DNA from: Trichinella spiralis
Taxonomy: Eukaryota
DNA length: 64,000 bases
Assembly: GCF_000181795.1 (NCBI RefSeq)
Contig: NW_003526943.1
Span: forward strand, 3,995,228 to 4,059,227
Direction of reading: 5' to 3'
The position numbers and the translations under genes were made by a program. Positions within the stretch are counted from its first letter, which is position 1; every line of letters starts with the position of its first letter. Positions 52,681 through 64,000 of this stretch are shown one piece after another. Under the pieces are notes generated by a model that saw only the letters and a program-made list of their open reading frames with translations, was not told the DNA's origin and made no database searches.

Positions 52681-55200
52681 TGTTAGAAACAAAAGCGTTT
52701 TCTATCAACCTGACCATCACTATATGTGTTCCGCGGGCATGGAACGAAGGTTCACTGGAAATAATGTCCAAAAGAAATATATTATATGCGGTGAATAGAT
52801 ACTTATTCACAATTATTTTACTGTTATTAGTGTTAGCTTGCATTTTGCTTGGTTTTTGTTGCATATGAAGTTTATGGTCGAAACAGGTGCCACGGCGTTA
52901 ACTGGATGACATGGCGTTGGACGCCGTCACATTTGACGTTTTCTAAAGCGCTAACCGAATGCAATGGCGTTGGATGCCGTCACATTTTGACAGATGCTAA
53001 GGCGTTATGCTGTGATCTTGATGAATGGCTGTGATTGGACGATGGTGTTGGCGATGGTTCAGTGCAGTCGGCTACCAGAAGAGTTAATTAGTGTGCTAGT
53101 GGTTGGTATTTCTGTATTTGCTTGCAATTTCTGTCGTGACTTGAAGTGTATTGCGATGCAAGTTACAGGGTGTAACATGTAGATCTGTCTTGATTATAAG
53201 TTTTTGTTGCGCGGCTTATAAGTGTATACACGTCACTGTCGAGTGACGTAGTTCCGAGTCGGCTAGACACATTGTTTTGGCGCTTACTGTATTATATTTA
53301 GCAAAGGATGTTTTGTACTTTATTATTCAAATTGCCACCTTTACAGTAATACAAACAACGAACTTGAGTGTTAGAATTAAACGGAGTTCTACATTTTGGT
53401 GCCACCAGCCGGGAACTGGTAAATCCGTTGGAAATGAAGTCATACTTGGAGACTTTAAAAATACCCGACATGTTATGAAGTTGCGAGTCACGCGCTTATT
53501 GAATTAAGTCGACAAGTTGCTTACAGAAGGTGCTGACGCCATTGCATTGGAGGAATGCTTTTACAAGTGTCAAGAGGCGCAGATGCAGTATAAGATCCGA
53601 TTGGGTGATGGAAACTCATATGAAAGGGAATTAGGCGCCACAGTCCGCGCGTCACTGTCGAAGGCAAAAGCATTCATAAAACTTTGCACCGAAGATAAAC
53701 CAGATATGTCGAACAAGATAGTTGAGGAAGGGCAAAGTGTATCCAATTCAAACTACCTAAACGAGAGCTGTCAAAATTTGATGGAGATGTTATGCAGTTC
53801 GCGACATTCTGGGCCCAATTTGAATTTGCGGTTGATTTAAACCCCAACATAGCCAATGTCGACAGATTTGGCTAATTGCGCAGTTGTTTACACGGCAAGG
53901 CCCTTGATGCCATCCAAGGATATGCAGTCAGTGCCGTTAACTATCCAGCTGCGTTATACACCAGGCATACATCTGGTCTGATAATTTTATATCTACGCGT
54001 CATATGTAAAAAACAATTTTCAACTATTTGAGACATATTTACCTCAAAATTTATTTCTAAAAGTATATGAAAGTTATAGTAATGCTCAATGTTGCATATA
54101 TGCAACTCAACTTTAGGACGTTTGAGCACAGGTGTTTGGTCACTTCAGACCTTGAAATTTTATAAAATGATGAAGCAATGCGTCATCAAGTTAGGTTACA
54201 TTTTGGAGTCTTTAAAAACATTTCATAAAAGCATGGCCTTATTGCAATCACAAACAATTTTAATATTTGAAATCTTGCACACTGCACGCATACACTTCGT
54301 CCCCCTGAGAGCAGAATTACCGCATTGAGCTGCACGTCTTCCGCGACTCCTCAGAGATTTACATTGTGCCCCATTAAAACGTGATTTTTTTATCAGAAGA
54401 GAGTTGGCATCACTACTGTAGCATATGTACTTAACCTGTTAATCAAAATAAGAATTGCACATGAGCATCCCATAGATGCAGTAGTCATTATGTATTTTGT
54501 ATCTGTTGTGTGTGTGTTGCGCCTGTTGTTAGTAAAGACCATATCCATAAGTGACCAATGTCTTACAACTCCCAGTACCCGCCGCATTCACTTCGGCGCC
54601 AACTCTTGAACGGAGTCTGCGCTACTATTGGGGACGCCAACTGTGGTTTATGAGCCACCTATGGAAGCGGTGGGTTGAAGAGTATTTGGTAACCCTCACC
54701 ACTCGAGAGAAATGGACCAAGATTAGACTGCAATCAGAAAACGGCGACCTCGTGTTTCTTGTGGAAGAAGGCGTAACCGGTGGAAGCTGGGTGTGATCAT
54801 GAAGACGTTGCCGGGGAGTGACCGTATCACCCGGTCAGTGCGGGTGCTGACTGCCTGAGGCATTCGGAATCGTTCGAGTAGATCACTTATTCTTCTGGAA
54901 CCAGCCTAAGTTCTGAAGTCAAGATCAGCTACCGTAACCTCGGAAGAATATTGCCAACGGCGACGTGTAAGTGATTGACTGCTTGTGATGTAATAGGTTA
55001 GCAGGTCTGGTATCTGGTGATCACTTGGTTGCTTCATGGTCTCGCTTGGAAGTGTTTCTGCGTCTGTCTGTGCCTCGATTGTAACGGTTGTCATCTCTGA
55101 ATAAAATCTCAAGTTCTTTGTGTCTTCACTGTTCTTGAGTTAGAGCTAACTCTCATCAGCCCTGGAAACCGCCAGGACTTGATTGTTCTCAGTAGAGGTT
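52681..55200 (+). mobile_element. Degenerate, internally deleted BEL/Pao LTR retrotransposon
   Basis: PBS-like TGGTGCCACCAGCCGGGAA at 53397. DUF1759-type gag LPKRELSKFDGDVMQFATFWAQFEFAV (~53750-53950). Pao RNase H remnant IELHVFRDSSE (~54325). Integrase C-terminus LWKRWVEEYLVTLTTREKW..GDLVFLVEE..RSLILLEP (54650-54905). Multiple stops and frameshifts; outer limits are approximate. Confidence 0.85.
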
Positions 55201-55536
55201 TTTCAGTTAAAAACATATTTAAAAAATTTTATATTAAAATATACCATGAAAACTATGGTAAATTTACATGTATAACATTATTTGATTTTTATTTTTCCAT
55301 TAAATTTATTTAAAATAATGAACTCTCTGGCAAATTTAATTTCTACAATATTCATGAATCTTGAAAGTGTTTTATACTGTAATCCATTTCTTGCAACAAT
55401 TTTAGAAAGAATATAATTTGTGCAAAATTGTTTCTTGTTTTATATTTAACGTTATTTTATATTATAAATTATATGAATAGTAAAATTAAGTTAGCTCGAA
55501 TAATCTATAGTTTAATGTTCAAGGATTCATTTTGAA

Positions 55537-57103
55537 ATGGCGGGAAGATTAGATAGATATCCTTACAGCAGTGATACAGCTTTTGCAGTTTCAAGCAGCG
55601 TAGCTATATTAGCTCATGGTAATTTTATTTGTGTTTGTTTTTTTTTGTTTTTATTTTCAGACTTTTAACAGATTCCTGTGTAAAAAATGGTAGCATCAAC
55701 TTGATTCGACTTCAGCATCCCAAATTTAGTATGCTTTTCTTTGAATTTCATAGTTGTATCATTAAATTTTGAAAAGAATGTATTAAAAATTTATTTTAAA
55801 TTGCTTTTAGCAATGATTTTTTTAAATTGTTTTATAATAAAATGATCGCATAATTTGTGAAAGATAGCGTAATACATTTTCATCTTTTATTTAAAACTTC
55901 TTTACAAATGGAATTTGTTCATGAATTTGCATTTCAATCTTGAGTTTTATATAACTTTTTTAAATGAAAGCTGAATTTATTTTAGAAAAATTTGTTTACT
56001 TTCACATATCTGAAGATGGAGGTGTTTTTGAAGTTCTAAGATTTCATGAAAACTGTCGTTCATGGTTTGTCGACGATTACGTTTATTCAAGTTACCTCAA
56101 TGAACGTTGTATAAATTTGTTGTACATCTGCATATTTAGATGGAGATTTGCTTATTCTGTCCCGCATCCATCCTCTTTACCTTGTTCTTCCTTCTATTTG
56201 CGAAATGCCACAAGTTTGCTGATAATTGAAATTGTTCGTTTTAATTTCAGTATTATTAATAGAATTATCGTCAGCCATTTGGACAAATGGTTGAATGTTT
56301 GACGGAAAGGTGTTCAATTTTGGAGAAGAATGAATTGCTTCGTTCGGGAATTGACAAAGTCTGCGACAGCTTTGGTGAGCTTGAATCGTTTTGATGGTGT
56401 TTTTTACATCTACAGAAGAATTTTTTGTAGTTTTGCCTGGCGATAATATGCGTGTATACAGTTTCAACGAAGTGAAATGTGTCGACTGGTTGGCTGAGAA
56501 TGTAAGAATAATGGCAGTGCAGAATGAAGTGTCTGGTTCCTGTTAAACAGATGTTGAACGTTTATTTTGGATAGGTAGAAATTTTGAAAGCTCGCTTTAT
56601 TGATAAGAAGATGTTGCACCATAGTATTTTGACCAATGGTAAGCTATTTGCAAGTTTCATTGTAAGATAGTAAATTTGTTCTTATAAACTAGAGAAATCG
56701 CTGAACTGCTATGCGGTTGATGTTTTGTCGGAATATTTGTGTGAAAAACTAAGCAATTTATTGCGTCAACGGTACAAGTAATGATAATTCGCCGTTTTCA
56801 AATTTGCCTGAATATTCTGCATTTGTCTTTGTTTAAGAATAACTTCAGAAGAGAAAGCAAAACTTCACAAAGTGGTTAAGCATGTCGGAGGAGAAATTTC
56901 TGATCCCACGGAAAATTATTGTCAAAGCAGCACGAAAAAATTGAAATCATCCGAGCAGGTAATGAAGAGTTCAAAAATATGAAGGAAATACTTTTATTTT
57001 TCAAGTTAATATCATTTAGAGCGGAAATTTAACAACATCACAAAAAAAGTTGGCAAAAGCATCGAAAGGAACAGCATCTATTTTTAATTTTTTCAAAAAG
57101 TAA
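55537..57103 (+). CDS. RNASEH2B: Ribonuclease H2 subunit B
   Basis: LIRLQHPK, VFEVLRFHENCRSWFVDDYVYSNGDLLILSRIHPLYLVLP, YSFNEVKCVDWL; C-terminal LTTSQKKLAKASKGTASIFNFFKK* is PIP-box-like. Confidence 0.9.
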
Positions 57104-58569
57104 TAAATAATCATTCGTCGTTTTTAAAGAAGAAAAAAAAATTTTTTTGCACCACTTCATTTACAAAACAGTTGAGTATTTATTTAAAATGGCAGATTAT
57201 CACATCTTTTATGCTAAGACATCGTATACTATTTACCATTATAGTTTTATACAGTGAAATGTAATTGAAACAATAAATAATGGGAAAATATTATAAAATA
57301 TCGTTTGCATTGTAATATTAAATCATAATTTTAAAGAAAATATGATAATTCAGCAGAATGTCATTTATTGTTTTACTATGTATTATTTTTATGTACAATA
57401 GCAAAATATTAATGGGAATGAAAAAGAAAATTGACAGTATATTGATACGCACTCGGATTTGGTGTGACTGAATAATAAAAATATTAATCAGACGAATCAT
57501 AATACTTATAATTGTTGTAACATTGCAACATCATAATACTTACAATTTACAACATAACATTTGTAATTAATTTATATCAAACATGTATGTAATCTAGTTA
57601 AAATATGGTGCTGAATTTGGGTATTGTGAATCTAAAGTTGGAGTAAAAAAATTTAATGGACAAGAAATTTTGATAGAGGCTGTTAGAACACACTGATGAT
57701 TGTAAAGACTTCTGTTATGGTAGAGAATAGAAGTATTATGCTTAACCATCTTTATATTCCTATTGTATCGATATTATTAGCTGTGTGTGTGTGTGTGTTA
57801 GTAGTGTTGTTGTATTCGCCGATGTTTAACTTCCTGGTATTGCGTGTGTTCGTTTGCATTTGGTCTGTAAAGAGCAGAAAACACTATACTGTTGTACTGG
57901 GCTATACTCAAATTCTGGGCTGAAGCAATTTCAACGTCCTCTTACATCCGGAATCGTTGCCCGTCTAGAAGCTTGAATGGTGAAATACCATTAACATTAT
58001 GGAACGGCAAAAAGCTGACCTTAAATTACTTTCGAACCATCGGAGAAAGAGCATACATCACCCAGAAAGGGGGAGTTCAGCGCACGATCAAAAGAATGCA
58101 TCTTCATCAGGTACAGCACAGAATCGAAAGCGTATTGACTCTGCTGTCCTGCAGAAAGAAAAGTTTACAAAAGTCGAGACGTGAAATTCACAGGAAAATT
58201 TGGAAATGATGAAACGTTTCACCAGCTGTTGTAAATGTGAATTGATTGATATATGCAGAGACTTTACCTGTAATGACAACACAATACCAAGCTAATGTAT
58301 AACGCACACAAAATTACACACACAGAGAGACAATGCACACCGAGAGAACGCGGGAACACACCTACGCACGCACACTAGTGACGTGGAACTCTTGCATCTA
58401 CTGTAACATGTTCCTGCACGTTCTTTTTGTAGATATTTTTGATCGCATAAAATCGCAATACATTACACCAGCTCACCGCGCAAAACCAGGAATGGATTGC
58501 CAACGGTACCCATAAAAAGGAGTAAGAAATGCTTGAATTACAACTGACTTCTAGCGAATCAAATGACAG

Positions 58570-60343
58570 TGTAAACGTCGGCAATACGGATACTGTCGTC
58601 GACGTTTGCGAACCTGCGTGTCGGGATTGAAATACGGTAGGACGTGTGTGACTTAAGGGGAAGGAAGGGTGCTTTTGCCGTGTGTGGTTAGTTGCCGTTA
58701 TCTCTTGATTGTCTTCGGTGTGGTTTTGATTGTGTGTGTTCTGTTGAGTCATTCCTGGTTTCATTATCTTTGGCTCATTATTGTTCGTTTGTGAGTAAAC
58801 AATGTCGATACTCGATCGAGTTTTGATTAACAGTTATCGTGACGCAAGTCAGATTGTCGAACGCATTGGACTTTCCTGCCTTGCAATAACGAACCTAAAT
58901 ACAGTCCACTAATATCACGAACGAGTGACCTACAATTTCGCTCGTTATATTGGTCCTCCGAGCTGGAGCAACTCGAAGCAAGTGTAACGGGCCGCTCCCT
59001 CGAGCATGCTCGTCCGCTTCTTTTACCGTATTATCGGTGCGTCCATCGCTATTTGGCGACGGGCCGGTATTGACCGGCGCATTTCCTTTCCTTTCTGTCT
59101 CGCGCTTTCCTGATGGCATTGGGACAATCAAACAACAAACAGTGAGTATATACTTTATTGAACAATCAAAAACAAGGACCGACGACGGTGATATATCCAA
59201 AAACGCTTCCCGGGCAACTTGCCAACTCTCCCGTACACACGTAAAAAACCACTACCGTCCTCCGCCTCCGATCTTCATGTCCAATTCTTCATACGGTAGC
59301 TTTAGCTTTCCTCCTCTTCGTTTTCTGCAGGAAAAATTTCGTTTGCTGGGTCCACGTCCGCTACACAAGCGACCTACGGATCGTGGATAACGTGGCGTCC
59401 GCTGCAAATACCAGGTGCAAGAAACTCGCCGCGAACAAGGCCCGGTTGAACAGTCTCCTAACGGAACTGGAAGAGTTCAGTATCGACGCGGTCGAAGACA
59501 ACGTGCTGGATGGCCAGCTAGAGTTGACGGAAGCGCTTTTCCGCGAGACGGACGCCCTTCAGGCGGATTGGGAGCAAGACCTGAAGGCTGGAGAACAGGG
59601 CTCCGCCATCGAAGACTGGGCGAAGAGCCGGAGGCTCTTTTTGGAAGCAGCGGCAGAAGCAGGACGACAGACCGTCGCGCGGCGACGGCAGCAACAGCGG
59701 CAACCCCGGACAAGCTGCCGCTCCGACTAGAATCGGGAAGCTGCCGGAGCTCACGCTCCTGCAGTTCGATGGGGAAGTGCTGGAATTCCCCACGTTCTAG
59801 GCGCAGTTTGAGGCGAGCATCTACGGAAGAACCGATCTGGACGCCTCTACGAAGTTCGCTTACGTGCTGTCGAGCACGGCATTCCCGTCACAGCAGCCCA
59901 TTACCCGGAAGCGGTGGGTATCTTATAGAAGCGGTTTGGTCGGCCGAAGATCGTGGCGCGCGCGCACTTCTTGGCCTTGTGGAAGGCACCGGAGTGCCGC
60001 GAGATGACATGACAGGGCATTCAAGCTTTGGTGGACTAAATCACCAAGCACTTAAGATGTCTTGCAGCGATGGGGAAGGATCCCCATGCTGGCGAGCTCC
60101 CGTTGAGCGAAGCCCTGATGCCTGGGCTGAAGGGAAAATTCCCTCGCGCGTTGCAGAGGGCCTGGGACCTAAAGGTCGGTGCTGGGCACGAGACCGAAGA
60201 CAATCTCTATATAACGGCAACTAACCACATACGGCAAAAGCACACTTCCTTCCTCTTACGTCACACACGTCACAAACGTATTTCAATCCCAACACGCAGG
60301 TTCGCAAATGTCGACGACAGTATCCGCACTGCCGACGTTTACA
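58570..60343 (+). mobile_element. BEL/Pao-derived element: 5' LTR, PBS, truncated gag, then an inverted partial LTR; TSD GACAG
   Basis: TGTAAACG...CGTTTACA termini flanked by GACAG at 58565-58569 and 60344-60348. PBS TGGTCCTCCGAGCTGGA at 58951. Gag KLPELTLLQFDGEVLEFPTF*AQFEASI (DUF1759-like). 60193-60343 is the reverse complement of 58570-58719. Confidence 0.88.
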
Positions 60344-60674
60344 GACAGATTTCAAAGTGGGAACATCCTTGAATAAAACGAAGCGAACGAAGTGATTGAG
60401 ACAGAAATAATGAAAACATCAGCCGCGAAACTAGGATTGGTCAGAAGCTGATGACGTGGCGTCTGAAGATAGCAGTCTGAAAAAAAGAAGCACAACTCGT
60501 TCCTTGTAAAGATGCCGCTTCAGTAGCAGTAGCCAACGACCCGAAAAGTGTGGTAGAGGCGCGGTCATGCCATGAATCAAACGAATGGCTGGAAGCTATG
60601 AAGCGTGAGTCTGAAGCCTTGGTAAAAAGGTTGACTTCATTAGTAGTTGTGTGTGTCGTTTCTTGACATACATT

Positions 60675-61357
60675 TCGGGTGAAGCAGCTGCGGTTGAACC
60701 GAGTGTAATTGATACCTGGAAGTCTGAGGTGATGAATGTTATTGCGGGATATTCGTTGAAGGATGTCTTCAACGCTGATGAGACTGGACTTTAAGCAGTT
60801 ACCGCAAAAGTCATTAACTATGCCTGGAGAAGCATGCAAGGGTGGTTCATTTTCAAAGGAGCGTTTAACAATACTTCTTGCCGCTAATGCGGCTGGAGAA
60901 AAACTGGTACCGTTAGTGATAGGAAAAACTGCCTATCCACGTGCATTCAGGGATGCTCGAGTTGACGTGTCTAAACTGCCTGTGACGTGGAAATACAGCA
61001 AAAGTACGTGGATGTCTGCAGAGATTTTTGTAGAATGGTTGAAAGCAGTCAATGCTACCATGCGTCAACAACACAGAAAGATTTTACTTCTCCTAGATAA
61101 TGCGCCCAGTCATCTGAATGTGGAACTGTCGAACGTGAAGTTAGAATTTTTGCCAGCGAAGTCCACCTCGTGCTTACAGCCGATGGACCTGGGTGTCCTG
61201 CGACAGTTTAAGTGTAAATACCGCTCGCACTTACTTCAAAGTCTGTTAGCGAATGCGGAAACATATGAACATGCGTATAAATTTTTTTCGCGCATTACCG
61301 TCCTCGATGCAGTTTGCTGGATCAGCCAGTCGTGGAATGAAGTTGAATCAGAAGTAA
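60675..61357 (+). pseudogene. pogo/Tigger (CENP-B-like DDE_1) transposase fragment
   Basis: ISGEAAAV..YSLKDVFNADETGL, then a frameshift, then KQLPQKSL..KGGSFSKERLTILLAANAAGEKL..WM..LLLLDNAPSH..LQPMDLGV..ITVLDAVCWISQSWNEV. No HTH region and no TIRs. Confidence 0.92.
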
Positions 61358-62413
61358 TTGTAATCAGAAAGAATCAGAAGACATCGACATCCGGTACCAC
61401 TTCATTAGAGAGGCTGCAGAACGCAAATACGTGGAACTGCGATATCTACCAACTGAGTAGATAGTGGCGGACATTCTGACAAAAGGCTTATTCAAACCGA
61501 ATCACGAAAAGTGTGTATCAGAAATAGATTTTGGAAATCTTTGGGGCGAAAGCTCATTGCAGTTCAACAATGTAGGGGAAATGTTGGAACACATTGTTGA
61601 TTGAGAAGATTTCTTGTTATGGTAGAAGACAGAAGTATTATGCTTAACCATCCCTATATTCCTACTGTATCGATATTCTTAGTTGCGCGTGTGTTAGTAG
61701 TTGTTATATTGGCTGTTGTTTAACTTGCTCGTATTGTGTGTGTTCGTTTGCATTTGTTCAGTAAATAGCAGGAAACGCTATACTGTTGTGCGTTAACCGA
61801 TCATTGCAATCAATCTTACCTAAAAAAAGAAGCTTCGTGAAGAAAGTGTTTTTAGAAATTCTGAAAGTGAAGTAATACACAAGTATTTATAATGTTCATA
61901 ATAAAAATGTAACGCGAAAAGATAAGCAAACAAATATTTTGCTTTTTACTTGAAAACAATTAACTACAGTATGATACTGATGTGAAGATTTTGTTAAAAG
62001 CTTAAAAATTGTCTAAATTTAAAAGAATAGCGTGTTTACTTCGAAAATTGCTTTATATCTATAAAATATCTTTTAGTAACTGTTTGCAGTTTCTTTTATT
62101 TCAAAAATCATATAGTTAGCCTGTTTATAAATAGTACTGTTTATAATGTATAAAAACATAATTTATTAGAAATGGTTTCTAATTATTTAACGTTTACTTT
62201 GATTAATTTCATTTTACTTTTGAATGAAACTGTTGTATAAAACGTTTTTGCTTGTTCAACCATTTGTTGATTTTTTGTTAATTTAGTTATTATTTACTTA
62301 TTATTGTTAGTTGTTCAGCATCTTTAACGATATAAATCGCAGTTACTTTTTGAAAATTGTCTTTTTGTTAGATATATTCTTTAATTATTCATTGACAGAA
62401 ATATTTTAAGAAC

Positions 62414-63672
62414 ATGGCAAGCGGAGAGACGTTGGCTGAACGTTATAAACGTGAAGATAAAGAAATTTCGAAAGCTTTTTGGGAAGTGTTGGATATCAAT
62501 TCTCGAGGAACGATTCTGCTTCGATTCAAGTATTATGTTTGGCGAATGCTAGACATACCAGCTACGTGGATGAAGGGTAAAATATTATACTTTTGGAGTT
62601 TTTTAATAGAAGAGAATATACCAATATTTTCTAAGATGATATTAAAATTTTGAAATAGAATTTCATTGATGAACTTTTCGATTTAATAATAAGTGATTGT
62701 TGCTATTTTGATTGATGTTGAAAATTGATTTTATTTAAGAGAATATTGTTGATCCATTGCAAAAGGATCGCAAAATGCCATATTACCATCGGCGTTTCAA
62801 TCGTGTGCGCACTATTGATGAGTGTGCTGTGGACGACAGGGTTTGCTATGAAGAAGCACAAATGCAATATCACCTTGACAAGTGAGTTGAAATATTAATT
62901 TTATTGTTTTTTCTTTTTAACGATTAAAACTATTCTAATTTTAAATGTGCGACATTTGCTTGATCAGTTAGTTGCATTTCATGATGCGATCTATATTTAC
63001 AGCAGGCATGACAGTAGCACATTTATAAACATTAAACATTTTTTCATTGATCTTGTTCTTTTCTTACTGTGACTAATCAAGCGTAATTACAGAATGGTTG
63101 ATGGTTACATATTAGATATTCTTCGCAATCGAATGCAAAGATGCCGTGAATATTACATGAATAACGCGGAATATAAATGCGCTAAATGCATTGACGATTT
63201 CGAACAAGCTGAACTGAATTTTTACATTAAATGTGCGTTTGTAAAAATGAATGATGATGAATAATTAATGAAAATTTTGAAATAATTGAACAGTAATATT
63301 ATTTGTCAAAATTTTGCAGACGGTGACATGGGCTATTATGGGGATGTGTTGACCGCTTACACGAAACAAAAGCATCGAATGATTTGGGAACGTCGACATC
63401 CGGAAATCATGGCCGCCAGAGCTGAAGCCCATGAAGAGCACAAACGTCAAATGGAGCTCGGCAATTACGATCCGTCGTTCTGGAAGCGCAAAGATCCTCG
63501 ACTTTACAAAGATTATGTGATCAGCATTTTCACGCCGTACAATTATTCAAGCTTTTTGCGTTTCAAACGTGATGAACCGTCGCAGGATCCAAAATTTTAC
63601 ACAGAACGCGAAGAGGCGAGACAAAAGGGAGAATACAAAGAGCCGGCGAACCCGAATTTAATTTGGCCATAG
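62414..63672 (+). CDS. NDUFB10: NADH dehydrogenase 1 beta subcomplex subunit 10 (PDSW), 4 exons
   Basis: LDIPATWMKENIVDP, YYHRRFNRVRTIDECAVDDRVCYEEAQMQY..DKMVDGYILDILRNRMQRC, FYIKYGDMGYYGDVLTAYTKQKHRMIWERR. Confidence 0.93.
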
Positions 63673-64000
63673 ATAGAATGATGACAAGGTGATGGCAGTG
63701 TATTTATTTATTTATTTATTTAATTGGTTTGTTAATTAATTAGTTAATTTTTTCATTTCGAATCTGAGAAACAACTTTTTTCCAATTTCTCCTACGTTTC
63801 CATTAGATAATAAACGCCATATTTCGAATCGCAATATTCCTGTGAAAAGAAGCAAAAAGAAAAAAAAATTAATTATTCACAATGTTAAACACAATTATTA
63901 TTGTGCGAAATTTTTGTTTTACCTTGAGCAATGATTTCAATTGTTCGTCAGTTTGCGAGGTCAGACCCTTCTCCAAACAGGCTTGCTTGAAGGTTTTAAA

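Larger units (their letters stand above)
57681..61825 (+). mobile_element. Old, rearranged copia element carrying nested insertions
   Basis: Diverged direct LTRs at 57681-~57896 (3'-truncated) and 61582-~61825; PPT GTAGGGGAAA before the 3' LTR. Integrase remnant FWAEAISTSSYIRNRCPS (57905-58200), RT start DPKSVVEA..WLEAMKRESEALVK (60538-60630) and RNase H end IDIRYHFIRE..VADILTKGL (61383-61535). Confidence 0.9.

Noticed and set aside
58270..58408. TGTAATGAC...CTGTAACA segment resembling a short solo LTR
   Set aside because: No TSD (TTACC vs TGTTC) and no second copy in the window.
60763..61464. 233-aa ORF as an intact or domesticated TIGD gene
   Set aside because: The first catalytic motif (NADETGL) is in another frame, there is no DNA-binding domain, and the C-terminus runs out of frame into copia sequence.

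Overview
AT-rich, intron-dense animal genomic DNA. It is most likely from a clade I nematode such as Trichinella, inferred from short GT-AG introns, an innexin and the TE content. Host genes, in order: a compact centrosomin-motif-1 (CM1) coiled-coil gene, an innexin, TAF7, a membrane-anchored protein with ~27 EGF repeats built from a repeated 4-exon cassette, TPST, LSM12, a Fat-like cadherin with a 10,650-nt exon, RNASEH2B and NDUFB10. Mobile DNA: (1) An intact, very young, minimal Ty1/copia element (2780-7201, TSD GTTAC) lies antisense in intron 1 of the CM1 gene. Its 34-nt leader is almost entirely a 30-nt complement of initiator tRNA-Met nt 10-39 and also encodes a uORF that abuts the gag ATG. 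(2) A decayed BEL/Pao element lies at ~52.7-55.2 kb. (3) An old copia shell (57.7-61.8 kb) contains a BEL/Pao derivative with INVERTED LTR-derived ends and a perfect 5-bp TSD, plus a pogo/Tigger transposase fragment that replaces the RT region. All exon models and alignments were made by eye.
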